DNA of 64,000 nt from an uncultured Verrucomicrobiota bacterium. GTDB lineage: Bacteria > Verrucomicrobiota > Kiritimatiellia > CAIKKV01. Below the pieces are notes generated by a model. It did no database searches. It had not been told where the DNA came from and worked only from the letters and a program-made list of their open reading frames with translations. Positions 1 through 9,258 of the stretch are shown here, piece after piece; positions within the stretch are counted from its first letter, which is position 1; every line of letters starts with the position of its first letter. The DNA lies in assembly GCA_964481675.1 (NCBI GenBank), contig CAYZVY010000001.1, positions 14,006-78,005 of the forward strand. The letters run 5' to 3'. The position numbers and the translations under genes are program-made.

Positions 1-875
1 CGATCGACGTGCCGACCCGGCAGTCGTATATGGTGGAGATGGTCGGCAAGGACGATCTGATCAACGCCATCGCCCTGAATTCGTCCATGTTCAACAGCGC
101 CCGGATCATCGGGCCGGCCATCGCGGGGGTCCTGGTGGCCGCCATCGGCGAGGGCTGGTGCTTCTTCGCCAACGCCCTGTCCTACATTGCGGTCATCACC
201 GGGCTCCTGTTCATCCATACGGCGAAGCCGGAGAAGGCGCGTTCGGGGACTGTCCTGGCCGGCATTGTGGAGGGGTTCCGCTTCGTCTGGTCGGCCCGCT
301 CCATGCGCGCCGCGCTTCTGCTGCTGGGGGTGGTGAGCCTCACGGGCATCTCCTATGCCGTGCTGATGCCGATCTTCGTCGACCGGATCCTGCACGGCGG
401 CCCGCGGGCGCTGGGGATGCTGATGAGTTCGGCGGGCGCGGGCGCGCTGCTGGGCGCGCTGGCGCTGGCCGCCCGGCGCGGGGTGCTCGGCCTGGAGCGG
501 TGGATCGCCTTCTGCGCCGTCTGCTTCGGCCTCTGCCTGGCCCTGTTTTCGCAATCGCAATCGTTCCGCCTCTCCTGCGCCCTGCTGGTGCCCACGGGCT
601 TTTTCATGGTCGGGCAGATGGCCTCCACGAACACGCTCATCCAGACGCTTTCGCCGGACCCCCTGCGGGGCCGCGTCATGGCGGTCTATTCGATGATGCT
701 GATCGGCATGGCGCCGTTCGGGTCGCTGCTGGCGGGCGCGCTGGCCCACCGGCTCGGGGCGCCGAACACCGTTGCCCTGGGGGGGGCGGTGGCCCTGGCC
801 GGCGGGCTGGTGTATGCGGTGCGGCTGCGGAGGCGCGGGCCGGCGAAGGTGGAAGGCTTGCGCTGTACCGCATGA
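1..875 (+). CDS. MFS transporter, C-terminal portion (gene starts upstream of window)
   Basis: ORF 9..875 shows multiple hydrophobic TM segments and Gly/Ala-rich helices typical of the major facilitator superfamily (enterobactin-exporter-like). No plausible N-terminus lies inside the window, so it is partial. Confidence 0.65.
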   Translation, partial: IDVPTRQSYMVEMVGKDDLINAIALNSSMFNSARIIGPAIAGVLVAAIGEGWCFFANALSYIAVITGLLFIHTAKPEKARSGTVLAGIVEGFRFVWSARSMRAALLLLGVVSLTGISYAVLMPIFVDRILHGGPRALGMLMSSAGAGALLGALALAARRGVLGLERWIAFCAVCFGLCLALFSQSQSFRLSCALLVPTGFFMVGQMASTNTLIQTLSPDPLRGRVMAVYSMMLIGMAPFGSLLAGALAHRLGAPNTVALGGAVALAGGLVYAVRLRRRGPAKVEGLRCTA

Positions 876-977
876 TCGTCCTGGTGCTCCGTAAAGCCGG
901 ACATCAATAGCCGTCGTTTTTTCGTTTCGCCTTCGAAAATGATTCCTGTTACATTCTTCATGTGTTGAAAAACGTGC

Positions 978-1304
978 GTGAGCAGAACGGTCATGGTAAA
1001 TCGAGCCCTTATTCAAAAATATGCCAGAACGCTGGGCCGGGAATTCCGGCCGCAGCGCGTGGTCCTTTTCGGCTCATATGCCCGTGGCAAGGCTACGGAA
1101 GATAGCGATGTCGATATTCTGGTCATCATGGACCACGACAAGCCCCGGAACGTGGATCAGGCCATTGCCATCCGCCTGACAGCGGATACGTCCTTTCCCA
1201 TGGATTTGCTGGTCAAGCGGCCGGCGGAAGTGGCAGAGCGCCTGGCCATGAACGATACCTTTATTCGGAGCATCCTGGAAGAGGGCGAGGTGCTCTATGA
1301 GTAA
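978..1304 (+). CDS. Minimal nucleotidyltransferase (MNT-type) toxin-antitoxin component
   Basis: Pol-beta NTase motif FGSYARGKATEDSDVDILV (G[GS]-x9-13-DxD). 108 aa. Its 3' end overlaps the downstream HEPN gene by 8 nt. Confidence 0.75.
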   Translation: MSRTVMVNRALIQKYARTLGREFRPQRVVLFGSYARGKATEDSDVDILVIMDHDKPRNVDQAIAIRLTADTSFPMDLLVKRPAEVAERLAMNDTFIRSILEEGEVLYE

Positions 1305-1689
1305 ACCCGTGGACGAATGGGTGGAAAAGGCAGAGGAAGATTTTCATGTGGTATTATCGCTGGCGCGAGCTCGGCGTTATTCCGCCCATAACGCCGTCTG
1401 CTTTCATGCGCAGCAATGCATTGAGAAATACCTGAAAGCGATTCTTGAAAAGCAAGCGTCCGTTGTCCACAAGATCCATTCCCTGCCCGTCTTGCTGGAC
1501 AAATGTGCCATCGTCCATCCCGATCTTGTTGCGTTCAGGCCCGGCATGGTGCGTTTATCTGTCTATGCCGTTGAGTTCCGTTATCCTGGAGAATCGGCAA
1601 CAATCGAGGACGCCAAAATCGCTATTGCCATCATGAAGCAAGCACGCGTTCACTTGCGAACGGTATTAGGGTTGTCATCGATTTTTTGA
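1297..1689 (+). CDS. HEPN domain protein (partner of MNT)
   Basis: 130 aa all-helical protein in the conserved MNT-HEPN gene order with translational coupling to the NTase gene. Family assignment is by context and size. Confidence 0.7.
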   Translation: MSKPVDEWVEKAEEDFHVVLSLARARRYSAHNAVCFHAQQCIEKYLKAILEKQASVVHKIHSLPVLLDKCAIVHPDLVAFRPGMVRLSVYAVEFRYPGESATIEDAKIAIAIMKQARVHLRTVLGLSSIF

Positions 1690-2435
1690 TCTTTGGACCG
1701 AGCACGAGGAAGAAGCAAAAGGATCATGCCGTGGACTCACTGAATTTGTTTCTGCTGATCGGGCAATCCAACATGTGCGGCCGGGGCTTTTTGACGACCG
1801 TCGAGCCGCTCAAGGATCCGAGGATCAGTATGTTTCGTGTGGGGCGCTGGAGCGAGGCCCGGGAGCCGCTGTTCGTGGACAAGGAAACCGCCGGCATCGG
1901 GCCCGGCATGAGCTTTGCCCTGCGCCTGCTGCGGGACGGGCCGGAGGCGAAAATCGGCCTGCTGCCCTGTGCCTTCGGCGGCACCAAGCTCCACATGTGG
2001 GCGCCGGGAGCGGACCTGTACGACCACGCCGTGGCCATCACCCGCATCGCGCTCAAGCAGGGCCGGCTGAAGGGGATCCTGTGGCACCAGGGCGAGGGCG
2101 ACTCCGGCGTGCCCGAGCGGGCCGCAACGTACGGGGAGACGTTTGAGGCCATGATCGCGAAACTGCGCGAGGACCTGGACGCCCGGGACGTGCCCGTGGT
2201 CGCCGGCGAACTGGGCGAGTTCCTGAAGGACCGCCCCGGCATTCCCCATTTCCCGCTCATCAACCAGGCGCTGCGCGACGCGGCCGCCCGGATTCCGCGG
2301 TACGCCTGCGTGTCGGCCGCCGGCCTCACGGACATCGGCGACCACCTGCATTTCGACGCGCCCTCGCAGCGGATCTTCGGCGAGCGGTATGCGGAGGCGT
2401 ATCTCGCATTAGCGAAACACGGAGGTGCGGCATGA
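1686..2435 (+). CDS. Sialate O-acetylesterase (SASA/DUF303 SGNH-type carbohydrate esterase)
   Basis: N-terminal block LFLLIGQSNMCGRG is the diagnostic GQSNM motif of sialic-acid-specific 9-O-acetylesterases. ATGA overlap with the HEPN stop. Confidence 0.7.
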   Translation: MIFGPSTRKKQKDHAVDSLNLFLLIGQSNMCGRGFLTTVEPLKDPRISMFRVGRWSEAREPLFVDKETAGIGPGMSFALRLLRDGPEAKIGLLPCAFGGTKLHMWAPGADLYDHAVAITRIALKQGRLKGILWHQGEGDSGVPERAATYGETFEAMIAKLREDLDARDVPVVAGELGEFLKDRPGIPHFPLINQALRDAAARIPRYACVSAAGLTDIGDHLHFDAPSQRIFGERYAEAYLALAKHGGAA

Positions 2436-3832
2436 AGTGGCTGATCGTCCTGGCGATGTGCTGGCAGGCGGTGGCATTCGGCGACGAGGTGTCGGTAAAA
2501 CGGGAACAGGTTGAAAAGGAAATCGACGAATTGGACAAGCGCCCGGTGGCGGTGGAATTCAAAGCGATTTCAAGGAAGATCAGTGAGCTCCAGGAGGAGC
2601 AGCGGACAAAATCCCAGCCGCTGTATGAGGTCCAACAGAAGCTGGGCCAGTCCGACGCTTTCAAGGAGTATCTGGAAAAGCGCCAGAAACTGGAAGGCGA
2701 CCGTGAAAAGGCCTGGCAGGCGGAGCGGAAGGCCATTGCCGAGGCGGCCCGGGCGATCTACAGCGCCCGCCATGCGGAAATCAAGGCCGTCGCCAGTCCG
2801 GACTTGAAGGAGGCCGCGAAGCTGGGCTTTGACGTGCTGACCTATCCGCGGGTCGACGGCTCGACCTCGACCGGGCCGCTGAGCGTGATGATGGCGTGCC
2901 GCATCCTGGGCGTGCCCTATGAGTGGAACTATCCCGAGCCGACGGGCTATCCCTGGCAGCGGGCATCGGATCTGAGGGAGTTTTACCTGCCGGCTTCTGC
3001 TGAATACCGGCCACGGGATTACGAATTCATGCTGGCAACCCTCAAGGTGATTGCGAAGCCGGCGACCCGGCAACAGGAGCGGATCGCGGTCATGATCAAC
3101 AGTTTGCTGGCCATCAGTTCCACCACGCATGATGCGTATGTGAACCTGATCTCGGGGAAATGCGACGTGAATCTGACCGCCCGGCCTCCGTCCGAAAGCG
3201 AGCGGAAGCTGGCGCTGGAGAAGGGCGTGACGATCAAGCTGGAGCCGATTGCGCGCGATGCGTTCGTTTTCATGGTGCACAAGACGAATACCGTAAAAAC
3301 GCTCACCCGGCAGCAGGTGAAGGATATTTACGAGGAGAAGCTCACCAATTGGCCCTCGGTGGGAGCGGCTGGTGACAAGATCCTGGCGTTCCGGCGCGAG
3401 CGGGATTCGGGCAGCCGGGAGCTGTTCGATGCGCTTGTGCTGCCGGGCAAGGTTCTGACGGAAGAGGAAGAGCGGCGGCTGAGACCGCTGTATGCCAACA
3501 GCATGGGCGGTCCGTTCAGCCAGCTCACGCGTCAGGCAGGCGGCCTGGGATATTCGATTTATTATTATGAGCATTTCATGGCGGCGAGCCCCTATACCCG
3601 CACGGTGCCCATCGACGGGGTGGAGCCGACCCCGCAGACGATCGCATCCGGCGAATACCCGTGGGTCACGGATGTGTATGCCGCCTATCGGGACGGCGAG
3701 TCCGCGGACAGCCCCGGGATGAAGCTGGTGCGCTGGCTGGCGTCGGCCGAAGGGCAGGCCATGGTTCGCGAAAGCGGGTATATTCCGGCTAAAAAAGGAG
3801 TTGCCAATGCACAGGCACATCGTTTCGACTAA
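2432..3832 (+). CDS. Secreted coiled-coil protein with C-terminal PstS-like (PBP_like_2) substrate-binding domain
   Basis: Signal-peptide-like N-terminus MKWLIVLAMCWQAVAFG. About 110 aa of charged heptad-rich coiled coil. C-terminal block TLTRQQVKDIYEEKLTNWPSVGAAGDKILAFRRERDSGSRELF resembles phosphate-binding-protein-like domains. ATGA overlap with the esterase. Confidence 0.5.
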   Translation: MKWLIVLAMCWQAVAFGDEVSVKREQVEKEIDELDKRPVAVEFKAISRKISELQEEQRTKSQPLYEVQQKLGQSDAFKEYLEKRQKLEGDREKAWQAERKAIAEAARAIYSARHAEIKAVASPDLKEAAKLGFDVLTYPRVDGSTSTGPLSVMMACRILGVPYEWNYPEPTGYPWQRASDLREFYLPASAEYRPRDYEFMLATLKVIAKPATRQQERIAVMINSLLAISSTTHDAYVNLISGKCDVNLTARPPSESERKLALEKGVTIKLEPIARDAFVFMVHKTNTVKTLTRQQVKDIYEEKLTNWPSVGAAGDKILAFRRERDSGSRELFDALVLPGKVLTEEEERRLRPLYANSMGGPFSQLTRQAGGLGYSIYYYEHFMAASPYTRTVPIDGVEPTPQTIASGEYPWVTDVYAAYRDGESADSPGMKLVRWLASAEGQAMVRESGYIPAKKGVANAQAHRFD

Positions 3833-4799
3833 GGGCCCCCGGCAATGGCAGGGCATTCCCGCCATTGAGCGCGCGGCCGACGGGCGGTTGTGGTGTTCGT
3901 TCTTTTCGGGCGGCCCGAAGGAGCCGGACCCGCAAAACCTCATCCTGTTAACCTCCAGCGTGGACGAAGGCGCCACGTGGACCGATCCCGCCGTCGTCAT
4001 CGATCCCCCGGGCGACACGCGCGCGTATGACCCCGCCCTGTGGCATGATCCCGCGGGCCGCCTCTGGCTTTTCTATAACCTGGCCAACCTGGTCACGAAG
4101 GACTTTTCCGTCTGGGCCATCACAACCGACGATTCGCGCACGGCACATCCGCAATGGAGCAAACCGGTCAAAATCGAGGTGGGCGTTCCGTTTGCCTTCC
4201 GCTTGAACAAACCCACCGTGCTTTCGACGGGCGAGTGGCTCCTGCCGGTGACGTGGGCCCGGACCGCGCCGGAATGGTGGTTCCCCGGTGACCATCAGCT
4301 CCAGGGGGTCGCGATCTCCGAAGATTCCGGCCGCGCGTGGAGCTTCCACGGCGGCGTGGAAACGCCCAAGTGGGCGCTCGAGAACATGATCGTGGAACGG
4401 CGCGACGGGTCGCTGTGGATGCTGATCCGCACGGGAAGCGGGGTCATCTGGGAGAGCGTTTCCACGGACGGCGGACGGACCTGGTCTGCCGGCAAGCCCA
4501 CGGCCATCGTTAATCCTGGCGTCCGGTTCTTTATCCGCCGGCTCCGCTCGGGCCGGCTGCTGCTCGTCAACACGCCCGACCCGAAGCAGCGCAAGGTTCT
4601 GCGCGCCTATCTGAGCGATCCGCGGGACGAGACCGTCTTCAAGGGGCCGGGGCTGGAACTGGATCCGCGCGACAAGGTGTCGTATCCGGATGCGGTCCAG
4701 TCGCCCGACGGCCGGATCTTCTGCGTACACGACTGCGACCGGAACGGGGCAGGCGAGATCCTGCTCGATGTGTTTTCCGAGGATGAGATTCCCGGATGA
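3807..4799 (+). CDS. BNR-repeat exo-alpha-sialidase (GH33-like)
   Basis: Three Asp-box (SxDxGxTW) motifs: SVDEGATW, SEDSGRAW, STDGGRTW. AAGGAG sits 6 nt upstream of the ATG at 3807 (the track used TTG at 3801). Confidence 0.7.
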   Translation: MHRHIVSTKGPRQWQGIPAIERAADGRLWCSFFSGGPKEPDPQNLILLTSSVDEGATWTDPAVVIDPPGDTRAYDPALWHDPAGRLWLFYNLANLVTKDFSVWAITTDDSRTAHPQWSKPVKIEVGVPFAFRLNKPTVLSTGEWLLPVTWARTAPEWWFPGDHQLQGVAISEDSGRAWSFHGGVETPKWALENMIVERRDGSLWMLIRTGSGVIWESVSTDGGRTWSAGKPTAIVNPGVRFFIRRLRSGRLLLVNTPDPKQRKVLRAYLSDPRDETVFKGPGLELDPRDKVSYPDAVQSPDGRIFCVHDCDRNGAGEILLDVFSEDEIPG

Positions 4800-4801
4800 C
4801 G

Positions 4802-5212
4802 TTATGTGAGGGCGATGGCCAGCCTGCCCAACTTGACGACCCAGGGCGTGGCGGCGCGTTCGGCGGTCAGCAACGGGCAGGCCTGTTCCCGGGCGAGGGC
4901 GATGAACGCCGCATCATAGGCGGTTGCGTCAAACTCCAGGGCGGTTGCCAGAATAAGGGATCGCGTGGGATCGCTCGCGTGTAACGGCGCGGCTAGATGA
5001 GAGGCATAAATATCAGTCGCCAGCGGAATAGCCAGTTGCTTTTGCCGGATCCGTGTGCGCAGGACATTCGCGAATTCCAGGTAGTGAAGGGAGGGGACCA
5101 GGGCCGTTATCTGTCCGCTGACGATTTTCCCCAGCCAGTCGCGAGCCTGTTGGGAAAAGGACTCCGGCAGATACCAGGCAAGAGTCACGCTTGTATCGAT
5201 CACCATCCTCAT
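4802..5212 (-). CDS. vapC: PIN-domain ribonuclease toxin VapC
   Basis: MRMVIDTSVTLAWY... with conserved acidic residues of the PIN fold. 136 aa. 4-nt overlap with the upstream antitoxin gene. Confidence 0.75.
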   Translation of the reverse strand: MRMVIDTSVTLAWYLPESFSQQARDWLGKIVSGQITALVPSLHYLEFANVLRTRIRQKQLAIPLATDIYASHLAAPLHASDPTRSLILATALEFDATAYDAAFIALAREQACPLLTAERAATPWVVKLGRLAIALT

Positions 5213-5451
5213 GTCGGGCGATTCCGGTCAGCACGGATGATGTCCAGGGACGACTTCGTGAAGCGGAGGTGTTTGGTCTTTTCCTGAATGACCTTAACCT
5301 GCGCCCGATAATCGCGGATCTTTTTCTCCTCTTCCTTGCGGGTGACATATTCCGCCAGGGCTTCGTGGACGGCGGCGTGTTTGGTCCGCTTGGACGAATA
5401 GTGCATGGCCTTGGAAATCAGGTCATCGTCCAATTCAATATTCGTTCTCAT
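5209..5451 (-). CDS. vapB: VapB-type antitoxin
   Basis: About 80 aa starting MRTNIELDDDLISKAM (typical VapB/ribbon N-terminus). Start chosen at the internal ATG at 5451. The longer track ORF begins in Arg-rich low-complexity sequence. Confidence 0.6.
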   Translation of the reverse strand: MRTNIELDDDLISKAMHYSSKRTKHAAVHEALAEYVTRKEEEKKIRDYRAQVKVIQEKTKHLRFTKSSLDIIRADRNRPT

Positions 5452-5547
5452 ACACCAAACTATACACCACTTGATGTGTACGCTCAAGCGATTTCGGAAC
5501 TGTTCTTTGGAATGCGGCGAAAGGGCGATCTTACGGCATGCAGAGTT

Positions 5548-5612
5548 GGTACAGCGGGACCTACGGGACCGCTGCGGGCGGCTCATAGCGGTCCCGTAGG
5601 TCCCGCTGTACC
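5548..5612. terminator. Perfect 26-bp inverted repeat (hairpin, 13-nt loop) downstream of murC-murB
   Basis: GGTACAGCGGGACCTACGGGACCGCT (5548-5573) is the exact reverse complement of 5587-5612. It sits 54 nt past the murC-murB stop on the minus strand and is not followed by a U-run. Confidence 0.4.
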
Positions 5613-5665
5613 CCGTTTCCCGTTACAGGTCGCGCAGGGCTTAAGTAAGCGCCATTCGGGACTCT

Positions 5666-7990
5666 TCACCCCGGAATCCGGATCTCCGATTCCAGCGCGA
5701 CTCCCGATTTCCGGAACACGGAATCGCGGATCAGCTCCATCAGGGCCAGCAGGTCGGACGCGGTGCAGCCGGCTTCGGCCACCAGCACGTTGGCGTGGCG
5801 CTCCGAGACGCGGGCCCCGCCCAGCGTCTTGCCCTTCCAGCCGGCGTCCTCGATCAGCCGGCCGGCAAAATCGCCGGGCGGATTTCGGAACACCGAGCCC
5901 GCGGTGTGCAGCCCGCGCATCCAGTCGCGCTTGCACCGGATCTCCACCCGCCTGGCGCGGATCGCGGCCTTGTCCGCGGCGGCCAGCTGGAGGCCCGCCT
6001 CGATGACGATGCGGTTGTCCAGCGAGTCGCACCGGCGATAGGCGAAGACCAGCTCGTCCCGCTTCAGCGTCCGCAGGCTGCCGTCGGCTTCGGCCACCTT
6101 GATCCATGAGACGCACGTCCCGATTTCGCTCTCGTACGCCCCGGCGTTCATGCGCAGCAGGCCGCCCACGCGCCCCGGAATGCCTTCCAGCCACTCCAGT
6201 CCGCCCAGGCCGGCCTTTTCGACCGCATCCGCAAGGCGGGCGGCGGGACACGCCGGGCCGACGGTGACCGCGGTCCCCTCGATGCGCAAGGTGCCGAATC
6301 CCGCCGCCGAGAGGCGCAGCGCGATGCCGCGCAGGCCCGTGTCGGGAATCAGGAAATTGCTGCCGCCGCCGATCACGGTCACCGGCACGCCGAGCTTGCA
6401 GGCCCGCGCCAGCAGCGCCTGCAGGTCCATCTCGGAGGCGGCCTCCACCCAGGCGTCGGCCTCGCCGCCCACCCGGTAAGTGGTCTTGTTGGCGAGCGTC
6501 TCGTTCAGACGGAACGGAGAGCCGCCGGGCAGCGGATCGGCCAGCAGCTCCTCCGCGGGTTCACGCCAGAGCCGCGCGCCGCGGGCGGGCGGAAGGCCGC
6601 CCAGTTCCTCTTTGGCCCAGAAGGCGATCTTCTCCACGTCGCCGGCGCCCATGACCAGCAGCAGGTCGCCCGGCTCCAGCCGGTGGCGCAGGTCGAGCCA
6701 CGCCTCGCGCAGCGTGCGGGCCAGGCGCGGCGCGCTGCCGCTCTCCCGGAACCGGCGGTACAGGTCCCAGATGGTGCCTCCCTCGAGCGGCTGCTCCGAG
6801 GCTTCATAAATAGGGACAAGGGTGAGATCGTCGACGCCCTCGAAGGCGGGCGGGAAATCGGGGCCCAGCGCCTTGGTGCGGGTGTAGCGGTGGGGTTGGT
6901 AGACGGCGAGGATCCGTTTCCGGCCCTGCAGGCGGGCCGACTGGATGGCCGTGCGGATTTCGGAGGGGTGGTGCGCGTAGTCGGAGACCACCAGCACGTC
7001 GGGGCGCTCGAGGATCCGGTCGAACCGGCGGTGCGGCAGGCTGAAGCCGGCGAAGGCCGCGGCGAGGGTTTCGAACGGCACGCCCAGCGCGAAGCCGGCC
7101 GCGGCGGCGGCCAGGCTGTTCAGGATATTATGGCGGCCGGGCACGGGCAGCTCCAGCCGGCCCAGGGGGGCGCCGTCGCGGACCAGCGTGTAGGCGATGC
7201 GGCTGGGGCCTTCCTCGATATCCGTTGCGCGGATGGACGCGTCCGGCGAAAAGCCGTAGCCCAACGCGCCCGGGATGGCGGCGGCCAGGCGGGCGGCGCG
7301 GGGGTCGTCGGCGCAGAAGATCACCCGCTTCGCCTGGCGCATGAAGGCGGTGAAGCAGGCCTCGAAGGCGGTGACGTCCTTGAAGTGCTCCATGTGGTCG
7401 AATTCGATGTTGGTCACGATGGCGATGTCGGCTTCGTAGAGGGCCAGGGTGCCGTCGGATTCGTCGCCCTCGGTCACGAACAGGTCCGGGCTGCCGCTGC
7501 CGGCCATGGTGCCCTGGTCGTCGATGTGGCCGCCGATGAAGAAGGAGGGGTTGCGGCCGGCGGCCTGGAGCAGGCGGGTGAGGAAGGTGGTGGTGGTGGT
7601 CTTGCCGTGGGTGCCGGCGATGACGACGGAGCCGGGGAGGGGGAGGAGGGCGGGGAGCACTTCGCCGCGGCGGAGCACGGGCTTGCCGGCGGCGGCGGCG
7701 GCGGCGGCTTCGGGGGAGTCGGCGGGCACGGCGGTGGTGCGGATGAGCCAGTCGGCGGCGGCGGCGTGGGCGGGGTCGTGGCCGATGCAGACGGGGATGC
7801 TGCGGGCCTGGAGCCAGGCGGTGTTGGGGCCGGGGGCGGCGTCGCAGCCCGAGACGGCGAGGCCGCGGGCCTTGAGGTGGAAGGCGAGGCCGGCCATGCC
7901 GATGCCGCCGATGCCGGCGAGGTGGACGGAGGCGCCGGCGGCGATGAGGCGGCGGGCTTGGGCGACAGGGTGAGAGGATGATTCGGGCAT
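5666..7990 (-). CDS. murC-murB: Bifunctional UDP-N-acetylmuramate--L-alanine ligase / UDP-N-acetylenolpyruvoylglucosamine reductase (MurC-MurB fusion)
   Basis: N-terminal half has the Mur ligase P-loop AGTHGKTTTT and MurC-like Rossmann N-terminus HLAGIGGIGMAG. C-terminal half has the MurB FAD-binding block TVIGGGSNFLIPDTGLRG. 774 aa single ORF. Confidence 0.85.
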   Translation of the reverse strand: MPESSSHPVAQARRLIAAGASVHLAGIGGIGMAGLAFHLKARGLAVSGCDAAPGPNTAWLQARSIPVCIGHDPAHAAAADWLIRTTAVPADSPEAAAAAAAGKPVLRRGEVLPALLPLPGSVVIAGTHGKTTTTTFLTRLLQAAGRNPSFFIGGHIDDQGTMAGSGSPDLFVTEGDESDGTLALYEADIAIVTNIEFDHMEHFKDVTAFEACFTAFMRQAKRVIFCADDPRAARLAAAIPGALGYGFSPDASIRATDIEEGPSRIAYTLVRDGAPLGRLELPVPGRHNILNSLAAAAAGFALGVPFETLAAAFAGFSLPHRRFDRILERPDVLVVSDYAHHPSEIRTAIQSARLQGRKRILAVYQPHRYTRTKALGPDFPPAFEGVDDLTLVPIYEASEQPLEGGTIWDLYRRFRESGSAPRLARTLREAWLDLRHRLEPGDLLLVMGAGDVEKIAFWAKEELGGLPPARGARLWREPAEELLADPLPGGSPFRLNETLANKTTYRVGGEADAWVEAASEMDLQALLARACKLGVPVTVIGGGSNFLIPDTGLRGIALRLSAAGFGTLRIEGTAVTVGPACPAARLADAVEKAGLGGLEWLEGIPGRVGGLLRMNAGAYESEIGTCVSWIKVAEADGSLRTLKRDELVFAYRRCDSLDNRIVIEAGLQLAAADKAAIRARRVEIRCKRDWMRGLHTAGSVFRNPPGDFAGRLIEDAGWKGKTLGGARVSERHANVLVAEAGCTASDLLALMELIRDSVFRKSGVALESEIRIPG

Positions 7991-8250
7991 GGCGGTATCA
8001 TACGTGTTGGCGGGTCTTTAAGCAACAGCGGGTTGCCCGCCGGGTTGTCTTCTGTGGCCGCGGCCGTTGGCCGCGGTCATGCGCCTGTTTGGCGGCGGTC
8101 TGCCCGGCGGGGGTGCGGCGTTCCGGCCGGAATCGGGCGGTCGCTTTTCCGCGCTGGCGCCACCCGTCTTCGCAAGCTGCGCCGCGGCAAGCCCAACGCG
8201 GCTTCGCGGCCCGGAAGGTCACCGCAGCCAGCGGCCGCAGCCACAGAAAG

Positions 8251-8276
8251 CCCTGAACCCGAACCCTGAACCCTTG
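8251..8276. repeat. Short tandem CCCTGAA-type repeat (copy 1 of a dispersed family)
   Basis: CCCTGAACCCGAACCCTGAACCCTTG. Related tracts occur at 9089-9107 and 26808-26846. Confidence 0.5.
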
Positions 8277-8300
8277 CTTCCCGCCTGAACGGGTGATACG

Positions 8301-8912
8301 ATGTGCAACATGGACAGGACGGAACAGGACCTGCGGGATATTGAGGCGACGACCGACCTTCTGGCGCGCGCGCTGAAGCTGTCCGGGTTGGTCACGCGTG
8401 TTTTTGGCGAGGCCGGTTGGGCTTTGGTCGTGGTGGGCGGCTCTGCCGTCGAGTTCTATACCGAAGGCGCCTATATGTCCGGCGACATCGATCTTTGCCG
8501 GCGGAACCTGTCCGCGATTCCCCTGCGTCAGGCGCAGGATCTGATGGGAAAGCTGGGCGCCACGGGAGGGCCGCGCAGTTGGAAGGTGGGCGGGCTTTTC
8601 GTTGATTTATTGGGCCTCCTGGAAAACGAGGCCCTGACGCCGTGCCGCACGATCCAGACCCCGACCGGCGCAATCAGCCTGATGCCGGTTGAATTGGCGA
8701 TCGTGGAGCGCACGCTGCTGGCCTTTTATCCCCAGGCCGACGCGGAAGCCAGGAACGTGGCAAAAAAACTCCTGGCTGTTTGCCTGAGCGGGGAAACGCC
8801 CTGCGATTGGGATGAGGTCCGGCGGCTGGCGGCATTACCCTCTTTCAATGTGGAACGGGAATGGGATAACCTTCGACGTGAGGTTGAGCGTGAACTCGAA
8901 GGAAAAGCTTAA
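8301..8912 (+). CDS. Nucleotidyltransferase-fold protein of unknown function (AbiEii-like motif)
   Basis: VVGGSAVEFYTEGAYMSGDIDL matches the hG[GS]-x(9-13)-DhD Pol-beta NTase signature and loosely resembles the AbiEii/DUF1814 block KGGTAL...R.S.DIDF. 203 aa. Confidence 0.45.
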   Translation: MCNMDRTEQDLRDIEATTDLLARALKLSGLVTRVFGEAGWALVVVGGSAVEFYTEGAYMSGDIDLCRRNLSAIPLRQAQDLMGKLGATGGPRSWKVGGLFVDLLGLLENEALTPCRTIQTPTGAISLMPVELAIVERTLLAFYPQADAEARNVAKKLLAVCLSGETPCDWDEVRRLAALPSFNVEREWDNLRREVERELEGKA

Positions 8913-9088
8913 AACCGACTGGACGTGGGACGAATGGCAGGCCAGCCGTGCCAAACGTCGGGCCGTGGCGGCCAAAGTGGGTCCGCCCGTGGTCCGGCGC
9001 AAGGAAAGCACGTCCGATGCCCGGTTGCGCAAGGCCTTCAATGGCGAACGGGGACCGGCGTTTTCGTGATTGTCTTTTCACGCCCCGC

Positions 9089-9107
9089 CCCCTGAACCCT
9101 GAAGCCC
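9089..9107. repeat. Short tandem CCCTGAA-type repeat (copy 2)
   Basis: CCCCTGAACCCTGAAGCCC in the ddl upstream region. Confidence 0.45.
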
Positions 9108-9258
9108 GCCCCGCGATCTCCTTACAGTTGGGCTGTTTTTCCCCGAACAGTCGAACGATGCGCCAAATACCCTGACTTTTTCCTTAACATGCCGCGGCAT
9201 GCGGCGTATCATGGCGGCTAATTTACGGTGGGGAATTCTTTAGCCGGTGAGGACGACC

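Noticed and set aside
2570-4018. 482-aa minus-strand ORF
   Set aside because: Antisense to the PstS-like and sialidase genes, which carry clear Asp-box and binding-protein motifs. The antisense translation is low complexity.
7474-8025. 183-aa Pro/Ala/Ser-rich ORF
   Set aside because: Antisense to murC. Composition is an artefact of GC-rich codons.
8812-9069. 85-aa ORF overlapping the end of the NTase gene
   Set aside because: Not listed as a feature: the ATG start lies 100 nt inside the upstream gene, and the only non-overlapping start is a GTG at 8890 with a weak RBS. Kept only as a possibility in the dcw finding.
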